Shown: positions 14,039-26,070 of the stretch, one piece after another | How positions within the stretch are numbered: the first letter of the stretch is position 1 | Layout of the letters: each line of letters begins with the position of its first letter | Assembly: GCA_945872365.1 (NCBI GenBank) | Contig: CAMBZJ010000003.1 | Coordinates: 7,301 to 71,300, forward strand | Length of the DNA stretch: 64,000 bases | DNA from: Klebsiella pneumoniae | GTDB lineage: Bacteria > Desulfobacterota > Binatia > UBA12015 | Direction: 5' to 3' | The notes under the pieces: generated by a model | What the model was told of the DNA's origin: nothing | Seen by the model: only the letters and a program-made list of their open reading frames with translations | Database searches by the model: none | Program-made: the position numbers and the translations under genes

Positions 14039-15359
14039 CGTCGATGATCGGCGCCGCCCAGATCGGCGACTCGAAATCCCGCGTCCAGACCTCGTGGCCG
14101 TTCGCGCCCTCGAACGCGTAGAGCCGGTTCGAGATCGCCACGTAGACGTGGCCGGAAGCGTCGACGACCGGCGGCAGGTTGCGGAAGCGGCCGTTCACGA
14201 CAGCCTTCTTCCACTTGAGCCGGCCATCGATTCCGATCGCGTAGAACGTGCTGTTGCGGCCGCGCGTCGCACCGAAGTAGAGGGTGCCCGTCGCGGCGTC
14301 GAGCGCGGGCGGGGCGAACAGGGAACGGTTGTCCGGGCGGGTGTCGAAGAGCAGTTTCTGGGTCGCGACGGGCGCGCCGGAGGACGGGTCGTTCCCCTCG
14401 GTGATCTCCCAGATCCCGTCGTCGAAGCCAACGTAGATCCGGCCGTTGGACGAGTTGTAGACCGGCGTGTAGTTCGACCCGCGCATGTTGTTGCGCTGGC
14501 TGTCGAGTTGGAGGCGCCAACGATCCGCACCCGTCGATGCGTCGTAGGATGCGACGAAGGCACCGTTCATCGTGACGTAGACCCGGGACTCGTCGGCGTT
14601 GAGCGTCGGCGAGACGTTCTTCAGGCCGCCACCCATCAGCCCCTGCGAGGTCATGCCGCCGCCGAGCGGATTCCGGCACCACTTCACCTGCTCGGCGCTG
14701 CCCGGGCACATGGCGAAGAGCGAGCCGGCCCCGAGCGAGTCGGAACCCATGTAGACGACGCCGTCCTTGCGGATCGTCGGCTGCGTCGTCACGTCGCCGT
14801 CGCTGCAGACCTTCTTGCGCCAGTCCACGGCCGGCACGGCGCCGGAGGACTGCGGGATCTCGATCGCCCACAGGTCGTTGTCGCGTGTGCCGATGTAGAC
14901 GATGTCGTCCGCACTCACCGCGGGCGAGGAGTAGTCGGGCAGTTTTCCGGTGTCGGTCGTATCGCACCACAGGATCGTCCCGTCGACGGGGTCCATGGCG
15001 CAGACCGGATACTTGCCGGCCGCGACGAAGAGCGTGCCGAGTCCGGCGCCGTTGGCCGGGCCAGTGGCCATCTGGCTCAGGATCTTGCCGCTCAGCTTGC
15101 CGACCCAGAGATCCTCGCCGCAGGCGGGGCCCTGGAGGGAACTCTTGCCGGTGTGCTGGGCGTCGCGCTGGAACATCGGCCAACTGCTGTCGGCGGGTCC
15201 CGCGCCGGTAAGCGTCGGACAATTCGGGTTGGCGCCGTAGCAGAGATCCTCGTTGAGCAGGCCGGCGCAGCGCTCGGCGGCCGATGCGGCCTCGATGGAC
15301 CCGAGCGCCAGGTACAGGGCGGCGAGCGAAACGAAGAGCGATTTAAGGGACTTCGACAC
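13977..15359 (-). CDS. secreted PQQ-like beta-propeller repeat protein, Cys-rich
   Basis: The GTG start at 15359 follows a GGAGAG RBS. The product has a signal peptide (SLKSLFVSLAALYLALGSIEAASA) and multiple PQQ/WD-like blade repeats (DG.V.YG..DG.LYA.D...G...W). It has many paired Cys. Confidence 0.7.
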   Translation of the reverse strand: MSKSLKSLFVSLAALYLALGSIEAASAAERCAGLLNEDLCYGANPNCPTLTGAGPADSSWPMFQRDAQHTGKSSLQGPACGEDLWVGKLSGKILSQMATGPANGAGLGTLFVAAGKYPVCAMDPVDGTILWCDTTDTGKLPDYSSPAVSADDIVYIGTRDNDLWAIEIPQSSGAVPAVDWRKKVCSDGDVTTQPTIRKDGVVYMGSDSLGAGSLFAMCPGSAEQVKWCRNPLGGGMTSQGLMGGGLKNVSPTLNADESRVYVTMNGAFVASYDASTGADRWRLQLDSQRNNMRGSNYTPVYNSSNGRIYVGFDDGIWEITEGNDPSSGAPVATQKLLFDTRPDNRSLFAPPALDAATGTLYFGATRGRNSTFYAIGIDGRLKWKKAVVNGRFRNLPPVVDASGHVYVAISNRLYAFEGANGHEVWTRDFESPIWAAPIIDDGRLYVGTIVGNVHAVGCAP

Positions 15360-15540
15360 CGTACTCTCCTCGTGACGGCGGGATCGCCGAGCCCCTACAC
15401 TCGCTGCCGGGACGGCGCCGGTCAAGCCGAAAACGCAGCCGAATCGGCCGTCCGACCGGGCCCCGGTCGGTCCTCCCCGGGGGCCACGAGCGGCCCCGTC
15501 CGCCACCGCCCCTCGGCGCCCGGAGCGGACGCCGCCGAGC

Positions 15541-17049
<1,509 letters not shown>

Positions 17050-17055
17050 CGGGGC

Positions 17056-18582
17056 CTAGCGGATCACCGCGCCCGGCGCGGCGGCGGCGACGGCACCCGC
17101 CGCCTTGCCGGCGGCGAGGACGGTGCTGTTCAGGTGCTGCAGCGACGTGTCGATCAGGTCGAGGATCGCATGCGGGTAGACCCCGAGGACCACCACGATG
17201 ATCCCGAGCGGGACGAGCATGGCGATCTCGCGCGGGTTGATGTCGGGCAGGTTCAGGTACTTCTCGTTGGGCTTGCCGAGCCAGACGCGCTGCATCGCCC
17301 AGAGCATGTAGCCAGCCGTGAGCACGACCGCGCTCGCGGCGACCGAGGTCAGCAACGGGTAGTTGCGCCAGCCGCCGAGCAGGACCAGCACCTCGGAGAT
17401 GAAAGCCGAAAGCCCGGGCAGCCCCATGGCGGCGAAGAACGCCAGCGCGACCCACCCGGTGTAGATCGGCATGATCGAGGCGAGACCGCCGAAGCCGTCG
17501 ATGTCGCGGTGGTGCGCCCGGTCGTAGATCACGCCGACCAGGAGGAAGAGCATCGCCGTCACCGTGCCGTGGTTGAACATCTGCAGGACCGCGCCATCGA
17601 TGCCCTCGGCGGTGAGCGACGCCATGCCGAACATCACGTAGCCCATGTGACTGATCGAAGAGTAGGCGATGAGCTTCTTCAGGTCCTTCTGCGCCATCGC
17701 GCAGAGCGCCCCGTAGACGATGTTCCAGGCGCCGAGGGCCGCGAGCAGCCAGAAGGCGTACCTGAGCGTGCCCTGCGGCAGGATCGGGAAGTTGATGCGC
17801 AGGATGCCGTAGGTGCCCATCTTGAGGAGAACGCCGGCCAGGATGACGGAGATCGCCGTGGGCGCCTCGACGTGCGCGTCGGGCAGCCAGGTGTGGAACG
17901 GGAAGGCCGGGATCTTGATCGCGAAGCCGATGAAGAGCGCGAGCCACGCCACGTACTGGAAGGTCGTCGAGTAGGTGGACTGGTTCTCGGCCAGCTTCAG
18001 CAGGTCGAAGGTGTGTGGCTCGTTGTAGAAGTAGAGCGCCAGCATCACGATGAGCATCAGGACGCTGCCGACCATCGTGTAGAGGAAGAACTTGATCGCC
18101 GCGTACTCCCGACGCGGGCCTCCCCAGATGCCGATCAGGAAGTACATCGGCAGGAGCATGACCTCCCAGAAGACGAAGAACAGGAAGAAGTCGAGCGCAC
18201 AGAACACGCCCATCATCGCGGCGACGAGCACCAGGAAGAGCGCGAAGTAGGCCTTCGGCGCCTTGTCGACCTCCCAGGAGGCGACGATGCAGATCGTCGA
18301 GATGAGCGCCGTCAGCAGGACCATCGTGATCGAAAGCCCGTCGATGCCGACGAAGTACTCGATGTTGAACGATGGGATCCACGGGATCTTCGTCACGAAC
18401 TGCATCTTCGCCGTGGTGCGGTCGAAGTTCATGTAGAGCCACCACGCGAGCAGCAGCGGCGGAATCGTGAAGCCGAGCGCCACCCACCTGATCAGCCCGT
18501 GCTGATCGCGCGGCAGGCAGAGCACGACCGCCGCACCGAGGAGCGGCAGGAAGATCATCCACGTCAGCGGATTCGTCGGCAT
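17056..18582 (-). CDS. nuoM: NADH-quinone oxidoreductase subunit M
   Basis: The internal ATG at 18582 (MPTNPLTWMIFLPLLGA...) is preceded by GGAGA. NuoM motifs are present (FHTWLPDAHVEAPT). Upstream of that ATG the tracked ORF is shadow. Confidence 0.9.
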   Translation of the reverse strand: MPTNPLTWMIFLPLLGAAVVLCLPRDQHGLIRWVALGFTIPPLLLAWWLYMNFDRTTAKMQFVTKIPWIPSFNIEYFVGIDGLSITMVLLTALISTICIVASWEVDKAPKAYFALFLVLVAAMMGVFCALDFFLFFVFWEVMLLPMYFLIGIWGGPRREYAAIKFFLYTMVGSVLMLIVMLALYFYNEPHTFDLLKLAENQSTYSTTFQYVAWLALFIGFAIKIPAFPFHTWLPDAHVEAPTAISVILAGVLLKMGTYGILRINFPILPQGTLRYAFWLLAALGAWNIVYGALCAMAQKDLKKLIAYSSISHMGYVMFGMASLTAEGIDGAVLQMFNHGTVTAMLFLLVGVIYDRAHHRDIDGFGGLASIMPIYTGWVALAFFAAMGLPGLSAFISEVLVLLGGWRNYPLLTSVAASAVVLTAGYMLWAMQRVWLGKPNEKYLNLPDINPREIAMLVPLGIIVVVLGVYPHAILDLIDTSLQHLNSTVLAAGKAAGAVAAAAPGAVIR

Positions 18583-18593
18583 GGTGTCTCCGG

Positions 18594-20804
18594 TCAGAGG
18601 AGCCGGGCGAACATGACGACGACGACGCCGATCACGATCGCGTAAAGGTACGAGTAGATGTGCCCGGTCTGCAGCTCCCGCGCCCGATTGCCGAGCGCAA
18701 GGCTGGTCGACCCGACCAGGTTGACGAGGCCGTCGACCACGACCCGGTCGAAGGCGCCCTCGAAGACGGAAATCTGTCGGACGAGCCATCCCGCCCCGTT
18801 CACGAGGCCGTCGACCACGACCCGGTCGAAGGTCGAGAGCAGACGCGAGAGCGCCAGCGTGCCGCGCACGACCGTCGCATCGTACAGTTCGTCGACCCAG
18901 TACTTGTTGTAGACGGCGCGGTAGGGACCGCCGCCCCAGGCCTCGCTGAAGGTCGACGGGTCGATCGACTTGCGCCGGTACATGAGCCAGGCGAGCAGGA
19001 TCCCGCCGAGGGCGACCGACACCGAGACGCCCATCAGGATGTACTCCCAGGGGTCGTGCTCGACGCCGTGCTCGAAGTTCTCGGCGTCGTGCGCCAGCGC
19101 CTCGGCGCCGCGCTCGAGGTCCTTCTCGCCGCGTTCGAGCGCAGCCTCGACGCCGTGGCCCGCGGCCGCACCCGGGCCCGCAGCCGCGCCATGCTCGACC
19201 TGGGCCTTCACGATCACCGGGGCGAGCCACTGGTCGAACAAGTGGTGTCCGCCGAGGGCGCCGGGCACGTTCAGGAAGCCGACGAGCACCGAGCCGAGTG
19301 CCAGCAGGACGAGTGGTATCGTCATGAGCGACGGGGACTCGTGCGGATCGCCGTGGTGGCCGTGGCCGGCGTCGTGCGCATGGGCCGCGTCGTGGCCGTG
19401 CGCCGCGTGACCGCCGCGGTAGTCGCCGTAGAACACGAGGAACACCTGCCGGAACATGTAGAAGGCGGTGAACCCGGCCGTGAGCGTGCCGATCGCCCAG
19501 AGAACCGGCGAGCCGAGCGGACTCGAGAAAGCCTTCCAGAGGATCTCGTCCTTCGAGAAGAAGCCGGCGAACGGCGGGATCCCGCAGAGCGCGAGCGTCG
19601 CGAGGAGGAAGGTCCAGAAGGTGATCGGCATGTACTTCTTCAGGCCGCCCATGTTGCGCATGTCCTGCTCGTGGTGGAGCGCGTGGATCACGCTGCCGGA
19701 GCCGAGGAACAGGCAGGCCTTGAAGAAGGCGTGGGTGAACAGGTGGAATACGCCGGTCGTGTAGGCGCCGACGCCCATCGCGAGGAACATGAAGCCGAGC
19801 TGGGAGACCGTCGAGTAGGCGAGGACCTTCTTAATGTCCCACTGCGCGACGCCGATGGTCGCCGCAAAGAACGCCGTCAGCGTCCCGACGGCCGCCACCA
19901 CGTGGAGCGTGGTCGGTGCCATGTCGAAGAGGAAGTTCAGGCGACAGATCATGTAGACGCCAGCGGTCACCATGGTCGCGGCGTGGATGAGCGCCGAGAC
20001 CGGCGTCGGACCGGCCATCGCGTCGGGCAGCCACACGTAGAGGGGGATCTGCGCCGACTTGCCGGTCGCACCGACGAACATCATGAGGGTGATGAACGTC
20101 GCAGCCGCCATGCCGGCGATCGTCTGGCCGTTGAGCAGGTGGACACGCTCGGCGAGTTCACGGAACACGAGCGTGCCCTGCCCGGTCTCGTCGAGCGCCC
20201 AGAAGAGCCCGAACATGCCGAGCACGAAGCCGAAGTCGCCCACGCGGTTGACGATGAACGCCTTCGATCCGGCCGAGGCGTTGGCCCACTCCTTGTGCCA
20301 GAAGCCGATCAGCGCGTAGGAGCAGAGCCCGACGCCCTCCCAGCCGACGAAGAGCGTGAGCAGGCTGTCGCCGAGGACGAGCGTGAGCATCGCCGCCGTG
20401 AAGAGGTTCAGGTAGGTGAAGTAGCGCCAGTAACTCGGCTCCTCGGACATGTAGCCGACCGAGTAGAGGTGGATCAGCCCGCCGATGCCGGTGATGACGA
20501 GGGTCATCATCGAGGAGAGGGGGTCGGACCAGAAGGCCATGTCGACCTTCAGGTGGCCGATGTGGATCCACTTCGACACCTGGTCGAGCAGGAAGCGGTG
20601 TTCCGGCTCGAGCCCGAGCAGTTGGCGAAAGGCGGTCAGCGCGAGGACGAAGGAGATCGCGATCGGAACGAGCGCGACCGCGGTCACCGCATGCTTGCCG
20701 AACCGCTTCTGGAGCCACGCGCCCGCCAGGCCGTTGATCGCCGCTCCGCAGAGCGGAGCGATCACGATCCAGCGCAGGTAGTCGACCAAGACCGGGTTCG
20801 TCAC
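18594..20804 (-). CDS. nuoL: NADH-quinone oxidoreductase subunit L
   Basis: The GTG start at 20804 (VTNPVLVDYLRWIV...) follows AAGAGG. NuoL motifs are present (WLPDAMAGPTPVSALIHAATMVTAGVY). It has a long C-terminal amphipathic extension that ends ...MFARLL. Confidence 0.9.
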   Translation of the reverse strand: MTNPVLVDYLRWIVIAPLCGAAINGLAGAWLQKRFGKHAVTAVALVPIAISFVLALTAFRQLLGLEPEHRFLLDQVSKWIHIGHLKVDMAFWSDPLSSMMTLVITGIGGLIHLYSVGYMSEEPSYWRYFTYLNLFTAAMLTLVLGDSLLTLFVGWEGVGLCSYALIGFWHKEWANASAGSKAFIVNRVGDFGFVLGMFGLFWALDETGQGTLVFRELAERVHLLNGQTIAGMAAATFITLMMFVGATGKSAQIPLYVWLPDAMAGPTPVSALIHAATMVTAGVYMICRLNFLFDMAPTTLHVVAAVGTLTAFFAATIGVAQWDIKKVLAYSTVSQLGFMFLAMGVGAYTTGVFHLFTHAFFKACLFLGSGSVIHALHHEQDMRNMGGLKKYMPITFWTFLLATLALCGIPPFAGFFSKDEILWKAFSSPLGSPVLWAIGTLTAGFTAFYMFRQVFLVFYGDYRGGHAAHGHDAAHAHDAGHGHHGDPHESPSLMTIPLVLLALGSVLVGFLNVPGALGGHHLFDQWLAPVIVKAQVEHGAAAGPGAAAGHGVEAALERGEKDLERGAEALAHDAENFEHGVEHDPWEYILMGVSVSVALGGILLAWLMYRRKSIDPSTFSEAWGGGPYRAVYNKYWVDELYDATVVRGTLALSRLLSTFDRVVVDGLVNGAGWLVRQISVFEGAFDRVVVDGLVNLVGSTSLALGNRARELQTGHIYSYLYAIVIGVVVVMFARLL
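18726..18832. repeat. in-frame direct repeat inside the nuoL 3' region (29-nt perfect copy, period 78 nt)
   Basis: The string gaggccgtcgaccacgacccggtcgaagg occurs at 18726-18754 and again at 18804-18832. This gives a duplicated 26-aa segment, FDRVVVDGLVN..., in NuoL. Confidence 0.6.
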
Positions 20805-20839
20805 TTCGGAAGCCTCTTTCCGCCCCTCGAGAGGGGTCG

Positions 20840-21148
20840 TCAGCCGCGCAGGGAGTCGACCTCTTCGACGTCGATGGTCTTGAACTTGCGATAGATCCCG
20901 AGCACGATCGCGAGACCGATGGCGGCCTCGGCGGCCGCCAGCATGATCACGAAGATCGAGAAGATCTGGCCCTCGTACCCTCCGCTGCCGAAGCGCGAGA
21001 AGGCGATGTAGTTGATGTTCGCCGAGTTGAGCACCAGTTCGACCCCCATCAGCACGCCGATCGCGTTGCGACGCGTCAGTACCGTGAAGAGCCCCGCGAG
21101 AAAGACGAGGAGCCCGACGAGGAGGTAGTGGTTGAGACCGATCTCCAT
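20840..21148 (-). CDS. nuoK: NADH-quinone oxidoreductase subunit K
   Basis: The ATG at 21148 gives MEIGLNHYLLVGLLVFLAGLF..., 102 aa, the canonical NuoK. Confidence 0.9.
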   Translation of the reverse strand: MEIGLNHYLLVGLLVFLAGLFTVLTRRNAIGVLMGVELVLNSANINYIAFSRFGSGGYEGQIFSIFVIMLAAAEAAIGLAIVLGIYRKFKTIDVEEVDSLRG

Positions 21149-21180
21149 GTTCTGCCCGAAGCGCGAGGCGGCCGGGGCCG

Positions 21181-21690
21181 TCAGTCGCGCAGCTCCTTGC
21201 GCGAGAGGACGATCGCACCGACGAGCGCCGTGAGGAGGACGATCGACGCGAGCTCGAACGGCAAGAGGTACGGACCGAGGAAGCTGTCGCCGATCCCGTA
21301 GGTCGTGCCCTCGCCCGCCGCCCTCGCCGCCGTGCCCTCGCCGAGCTTCCACGGTGCACGCAGAAGAGCTGTCGCCATCCCGACGCCGACGAAACCGACC
21401 AGGCCGAGCGCCGGCCAGCGCCCCACGGCCCGGTTCGAGACCTCGACCTCCGAGATCTGGTGGGTCAGCATGATCGCGAAGAGGGTGAGGACAAGGATGC
21501 CGCCGACGTAGACCAGGAGCTGGACGGCGGCGACGAAGTCGGCAAGCAGGAAGACGTAGAGCCCGGCCGCGCCGAGCAGCGTCGCCATCAGGGCAAACGC
21601 CGAGTAGACCACGTTCTCGGAGAATGCCACGCCGAAGGCTCCCGCGACCGTGAACAAGGCCACGCCGTAGAAGAGGGCCGCGTAGATCAC
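21181..21690 (-). CDS. nuoJ: NADH-quinone oxidoreductase subunit J
   Basis: A GTG at ~21690 follows GGGAGAAGG and gives (M)IYAALFYGVALFTVAGAFGV... The longer TTG-start version in the track would overlap nuoI. Confidence 0.8.
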   Translation of the reverse strand: MIYAALFYGVALFTVAGAFGVAFSENVVYSAFALMATLLGAAGLYVFLLADFVAAVQLLVYVGGILVLTLFAIMLTHQISEVEVSNRAVGRWPALGLVGFVGVGMATALLRAPWKLGEGTAARAAGEGTTYGIGDSFLGPYLLPFELASIVLLTALVGAIVLSRKELRD

Positions 21691-21751
21691 CGGCGCCTTC
21701 TCCCCGCGGGAGACCCGGCCCGGCCGACCGTTCGCCTGGGTTCGGTCCCGC

Positions 21752-22285
21752 TCATGACGCGTCGCCGGGGCTAGCAAACTCGTCGAGGTACCTCAATCCG
21801 CGCGCGAGAAGTGGCGCGATCTCGGGGTTGGTCTCCGGCCCCTTGATCGGCTTGTAGGCGACGACCGGCGCCTTCACGAATCGGCGGATCAGGCTCTCGA
21901 GCGAGTAGTCGGCGCCCTCGAACTCCGGGGTGTGGTGAATCGACCCGGTCGGACACGGCTCGGAGCACAGCCCGCAGAACATGCACTTGGCGAGGTCGAT
22001 GTCGAAGCGCTTGAGCACCATCTCGCGGGTGTTCTTGTCCTTCTCCGCGTCGATCACGATGCAGTCGATCGGGCAGGCGCGCTCGCAGGCGAGGCAGCCG
22101 GTGCAGATCTCGAGGTCCACATCGAGGAGTCCGCGGTAGCGGAACGGGAGCGTGTCCTGGACGCGGACGTCTATGCGGTCCGGATACTGGATCGTGTACG
22201 GCTTGCGCACCATGTGGGAGGCGGTGATCGCCATGCCCTCGAAGATGGTGCGCACCGATTCCCGTATGTTGTCGAAATAACCCAT
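21752..22285 (-). CDS. nuoI: NADH-quinone oxidoreductase subunit I (2x[4Fe-4S] ferredoxin-like)
   Basis: The product has two CxxCxxCxxxCP motifs (CTGCLACERACP and CMFCGLCSEPCP). Confidence 0.9.
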   Translation of the reverse strand: MGYFDNIRESVRTIFEGMAITASHMVRKPYTIQYPDRIDVRVQDTLPFRYRGLLDVDLEICTGCLACERACPIDCIVIDAEKDKNTREMVLKRFDIDLAKCMFCGLCSEPCPTGSIHHTPEFEGADYSLESLIRRFVKAPVVAYKPIKGPETNPEIAPLLARGLRYLDEFASPGDAS

Positions 22286-22292
22286 CGGAGCC

Positions 22293-23477
22293 TCAGACGA
22301 TCGGGCTGAAGTGCAGTTCGGGCTTCGCGCGGCGCAGGTGGAAGAGCACGCGGTTCAGGAAGTGAACCAGCAAGCCGAGTCCGAAGGCGAACATGCCGAG
22401 CCGGACGAAAATGCTGCCGTGCGGCAGGATCGCGAAGTAGAGTGCCGCGCAGATCATGTTCGCGAAGGCGATCGGCACCAGGTACTTCCAGCAGAGCGTC
22501 ATCAGTTGGTCCACGCGCACCCGGGGCAGCGTCGCGCGGATCCACATCGCGACGAAGACCATGAAGTAGGCCTTGAGGAAGAAGGTCAGGAACTGCACGA
22601 GGCCGAGCACGAAGCCGTTTTCGGTGAAGTGTGGCACCTGCCAGCCGCCCAGAAAGAGCGACGTGCAGATCGCGCCGATCAGGTAGAGGTTGCCCCACTC
22701 GACGAGAAAGAAGAGCAGACTGCGCAGGCCGCTGTACTCGGTGAAGGCGCCGGCGACCAGTTCGGATTCAGCCTCGGGAAGGTCGAATGGCGTGCGGTTT
22801 CCCTCGGCGAGCGCCGAGATGAAGAACAGAAAGAAGGCAACGAAGGTAAACGGGTTGTCGAAAAGGAACCAGTTCCACGGCGCCCAGCCCTGTTCCCGGA
22901 TGATCCCCTGCATGCTGAGCGTCCCGGTGAAAAGGACGATCGTCAGGATCGCGAGCGCCGCCGGGATCTCGTAGCTGATGATCTGGGCCGCCGAGCGGAT
23001 GCCGCCGAGCAGCGCCCACTTGTTGTTCGAGGACCAGCCCGCCATCAGGATGCCGACGACCACCAGCGCGGTCACCGCCGAGACGTAAAGGACGCCGATG
23101 TTGATGTCGGCGACGATCATGTTCTCCGTAAAGGGAACGACGGCGAACGCCCCGAAGAAACCCATCATCGCGAGGTAGGGCGCACCCTTGAAGAGCGGCG
23201 CATCGGCCGCGAGCGGCACGATGTCCTCCTTCATGATGTTCTTGATCCCGTCGGCGAGCCACTGGAGCGCCCCCTGCGGGCCGACGCGATTGGGGCCCAC
23301 GCGGCTCTGGATGCGGGCCCAGACGCGGCGTTCGAGCCAGCTCGTCACACCGGCCACCGTCATGATGAAGCTCAGCATCAGGAAGGCGAAGAAGGCGACG
23401 ACGAGGACGTAACCGAGTTCGCGCGGCAGCCCACGCAGGAAGCCGTGATCGATCAGTCGGTCGGCAAGCTGTTGCAT
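22293..23477 (-). CDS. nuoH: NADH-quinone oxidoreductase subunit H
   Basis: The ATG at 23477 gives MQQLADRLIDHG... NuoH/ND1 motifs are present (ERRVWARIQSRVGPNRVGP, EYSGLRSLLFFL). Confidence 0.9.
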   Translation of the reverse strand: MQQLADRLIDHGFLRGLPRELGYVLVVAFFAFLMLSFIMTVAGVTSWLERRVWARIQSRVGPNRVGPQGALQWLADGIKNIMKEDIVPLAADAPLFKGAPYLAMMGFFGAFAVVPFTENMIVADINIGVLYVSAVTALVVVGILMAGWSSNNKWALLGGIRSAAQIISYEIPAALAILTIVLFTGTLSMQGIIREQGWAPWNWFLFDNPFTFVAFFLFFISALAEGNRTPFDLPEAESELVAGAFTEYSGLRSLLFFLVEWGNLYLIGAICTSLFLGGWQVPHFTENGFVLGLVQFLTFFLKAYFMVFVAMWIRATLPRVRVDQLMTLCWKYLVPIAFANMICAALYFAILPHGSIFVRLGMFAFGLGLLVHFLNRVLFHLRRAKPELHFSPIV

Positions 23478-23503
23478 TGGTCGGCTCCGGCTCCCCGGGC
23501 GCC

Positions 23504-24661
23504 CTAGCGGTCCACTTCGGGGGCGACGATGTCGAGCGACGCGATCACCGCGACCAGGTCTGCGATCATGAGGCCCTGGCTCAGTTCCTCGATCGCAGCC
23601 ATCGCCGCGAACGAACCGGTGCGGATGTGGACGCGCGCCGGGAAGGCGGTGCCGTCGCTCACGACGAACCAGCCCATGTCGCCACGCGAGCCCTCGACGC
23701 GCGTATAGACGGCGCCCGCCGCCGGCTTGAAGGTGCGCGGGACCTTCGCCACCACGGGACCCGGAGGGATTCCCTCGATGGCTTGGCGCAGGATCCGGCA
23801 GCACTCCTTCATCTCGCGCATGCGGACCATGTAGCGGTCGTAGCAGTCGCCGAGTGTGCCCCGTTCCCCGGTGCCGAACGGGATATCGAACTCGAAGTCC
23901 GGGTAGGCCGAGTAGGGCACGTCGCGACGCACGTCGTAGGGCAAGCCCGAGCCGCGCAGATTCGGTCCGACGAGGTTCCAGGCGATCGCCCTCTCCCGGG
24001 AGACCGGCGCCACGTTCGCCAGGCGCTCGACGTAGATCTTGTTGAACGAGATCAGTTCGTTGTACTCGTCGATCAACGGCTCGAAGCGGTCGAGGTAGGC
24101 GATTGCCCGCCTCGCGAAGCCCGGGGGGAGATCCCAGGCACAGCCGCCGATGCGCATGTAGTTGAACGTCAGGCGGGCGCCGCAGAGTTCCTCGAGGATG
24201 TCGTTGATGTACTCGCGCTCGCGGATCGCGTGCGTGAACGGCGTGATCGCCCCGATGTCCATGCTGGTCGCACCGACCGAAATCAGGTGGCTGGCGATGC
24301 GCCCGAACTCGCAGGCGATCACGCGGCAGTACTCGCCGCGACGCGGAACCTCGATGCCGGCGAGTTTCTCGCAGGCCATCGCCCATCCCTGATTGCACTG
24401 CATCGCCGAGACGTAGTCGACGCGGTCGGTGTAGGGCATGAATCCGTGATAGCCGACCTTCTCCGCGATCTTTTCGATCGAACGGTGGAGGTAGCCGATG
24501 TCGGGGATTGCGCGGCGCATGACCTCGCCGTCGGCCTTCACCACGAAGCGCAGCACACCGTGCGTGGATGGGTGCTGCGGCCCCATGTTGAGGGTCATCT
24601 CCTCGGTCTCGAGTCCGCCCGGTCCCTCGCGGTGGAGATCGATGTCGATCGCGGTGCTCAT
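23504..24661 (-). CDS. nuoD: NADH-quinone oxidoreductase subunit D (49-kDa subunit)
   Basis: The product reads [17 protein letters not shown]... and ends ...[12 protein letters not shown]. It is unfused to NuoC and 385 aa long. Confidence 0.9.
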   Translation of the reverse strand: MSTAIDIDLHREGPGGLETEEMTLNMGPQHPSTHGVLRFVVKADGEVMRRAIPDIGYLHRSIEKIAEKVGYHGFMPYTDRVDYVSAMQCNQGWAMACEKLAGIEVPRRGEYCRVIACEFGRIASHLISVGATSMDIGAITPFTHAIREREYINDILEELCGARLTFNYMRIGGCAWDLPPGFARRAIAYLDRFEPLIDEYNELISFNKIYVERLANVAPVSRERAIAWNLVGPNLRGSGLPYDVRRDVPYSAYPDFEFDIPFGTGERGTLGDCYDRYMVRMREMKECCRILRQAIEGIPPGPVVAKVPRTFKPAAGAVYTRVEGSRGDMGWFVVSDGTAFPARVHIRTGSFAAMAAIEELSQGLMIADLVAVIASLDIVAPEVDR

Positions 24662-25155
24662 AGCTTCAGCAGGCTTTCACGACGGGTCGAGATCCCGTGG
24701 TACTCGTCGGGTTCGACGAAGTCCTTGCGCAGGGGGTGACCGACCCAGTCCTCCGGCATGAGCAGGCGGCGCAGGTCGGGGTGCTCGACGAAGCGCACGC
24801 CGAGGAGATCCCAGCACTCGCGCTCGAGCCAGTCGGCGATCGGCCAGAGATGCGAGACGGTCGGCAGGACCGGATCGGGACGCGGGGTCGTCGCGCGGAG
24901 CGCGATCTGGTGGCGCTTCCCGTAGGAGAAGAGGTGGTACCAGACCTCGATCAGGTCGTCGTTCTTGCGGTCGACCCCGGAGAGGTTCGACAGGCAGTCG
25001 AAGTCGAGCGAGGGGTCATCGCGAAGCAGGCGACCGATCCCGGCGAGGCTCGCGCCATCGACCGTCACGACAGGCCAGTCCCCCGCTCCGACGCCCTGCT
25101 CGATCGCGTTGCCGAACTTCTCGCGAAGCAGGCCGTGAATCCGTTCCGCCTCCAT
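24658..25155 (-). CDS. nuoC: NADH-quinone oxidoreductase subunit C (30-kDa subunit)
   Basis: The product has the NuoC-type fold sequence ([10 protein letters not shown]...WYHLFSY...[12 protein letters not shown]). Its stop overlaps the nuoD start by 4 nt. Confidence 0.9.
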   Translation of the reverse strand: MEAERIHGLLREKFGNAIEQGVGAGDWPVVTVDGASLAGIGRLLRDDPSLDFDCLSNLSGVDRKNDDLIEVWYHLFSYGKRHQIALRATTPRPDPVLPTVSHLWPIADWLERECWDLLGVRFVEHPDLRRLLMPEDWVGHPLRKDFVEPDEYHGISTRRESLLKL

Positions 25156-25157
25156 GA

Positions 25158-25661
25158 TCAGGCGACCGCGACATCCGGCTTGCGGACCAGCCAGCGCTCC
25201 TGCTGGATCTTGTCCTGCAACTTGAGGAGCCCCTCGGTGAGAGCCTCGGGCCGCGGCGGGCAGCCCGGCACGTACACGTCGATCGGGATCACCTTGTCGA
25301 CCCCGTCGCAGACCGAGTAGGCGAGTTGGAAAAGGCCGCCGCAGTTGGCGCAGCTGCCCATCGAGATCGCGTAGCGCGGCTCGGGCATCTGCTCGAAGAG
25401 CAACTTGGTGCGCAGCGCCATCTTCAGGGTGAGGGTGCCCGACACGATGATGAGGTCGGAGACCCGGGGCGTCGCGCGCGGGACCGCTCCGAAACGGTCG
25501 AGGTCGGACCGCGGACCGCCGGTCTGCATCATCTCGATCGCGCAGCAGGCGAGACCGAAGAGCATGTACCAGACCGAGGACTTGCGGGTCCAGTTGAGAA
25601 GGTCGTCGACCTTCGTCGTGAGCACCGTCTCCGGCACCGTGTTGATGAGCGACATCTTCAA
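25158..25661 (-). CDS. nuoB: NADH-quinone oxidoreductase subunit B (N2 cluster subunit)
   Basis: The product has the motifs ...[12 protein letters not shown]... and GSCANCGG...[11 protein letters not shown]. Confidence 0.9.
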   Translation of the reverse strand: MKMSLINTVPETVLTTKVDDLLNWTRKSSVWYMLFGLACCAIEMMQTGGPRSDLDRFGAVPRATPRVSDLIIVSGTLTLKMALRTKLLFEQMPEPRYAISMGSCANCGGLFQLAYSVCDGVDKVIPIDVYVPGCPPRPEALTEGLLKLQDKIQQERWLVRKPDVAVA

Positions 25662-25680
25662 TCCTCTCGTGCTGCCCGGC

Positions 25681-26070
25681 TCAGGCCGGGCGCACCCGCT
25701 TCAGCCACTCCAGATCGCGCTTCACCCAGACGTAGACCAGCCCGACGAACAGGATCCCGATGAAGAGCAGGAGTTCGGCCAGCACCTGGAGTCCCCGTCC
25801 CTCCAGCACGTACTTCCGGAAGGCGACGGCAACCGGGTAGACGAACGCCACCTCGACGTCGAAGACGACGAAGATCAGGGCGATCAGGTAGAACCGGATG
25901 TTGAAATTGATCCAGGCGCTCCCCGAGGGGGGCTCGCCGCACTCGTAGGTCGAGAGCTTGCGGCGCTCCGGGTTCGACGGCCGCAGGAGCCACCCCAATC
26001 CGAGCATGAGCCCGGCCGTGATGGCGCCCAGGAGGATGTAGACCAGGACGTTGGCGAACTCGAAATTCAC
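25681..26070 (-). CDS. nuoA: NADH-quinone oxidoreductase subunit A
   Basis: The product is a 129-aa three-TM protein (YECGEPP...[10 protein letters not shown]). Confidence 0.9.
   Translation of the reverse strand: MNFEFANVLVYILLGAITAGLMLGLGWLLRPSNPERRKLSTYECGEPPSGSAWINFNIRFYLIALIFVVFDVEVAFVYPVAVAFRKYVLEGRGLQVLAELLLFIGILFVGLVYVWVKRDLEWLKRVRPA

Noticed and set aside
15452-15470. Hairpin ccgaccggg/cccggtcgg just downstream of the nuoN stop as an intrinsic terminator
   Set aside because: The stem exists, but the loop is at most 1-5 nt and no U-tract follows on the nuo transcript. It is too weak to call as a feature.
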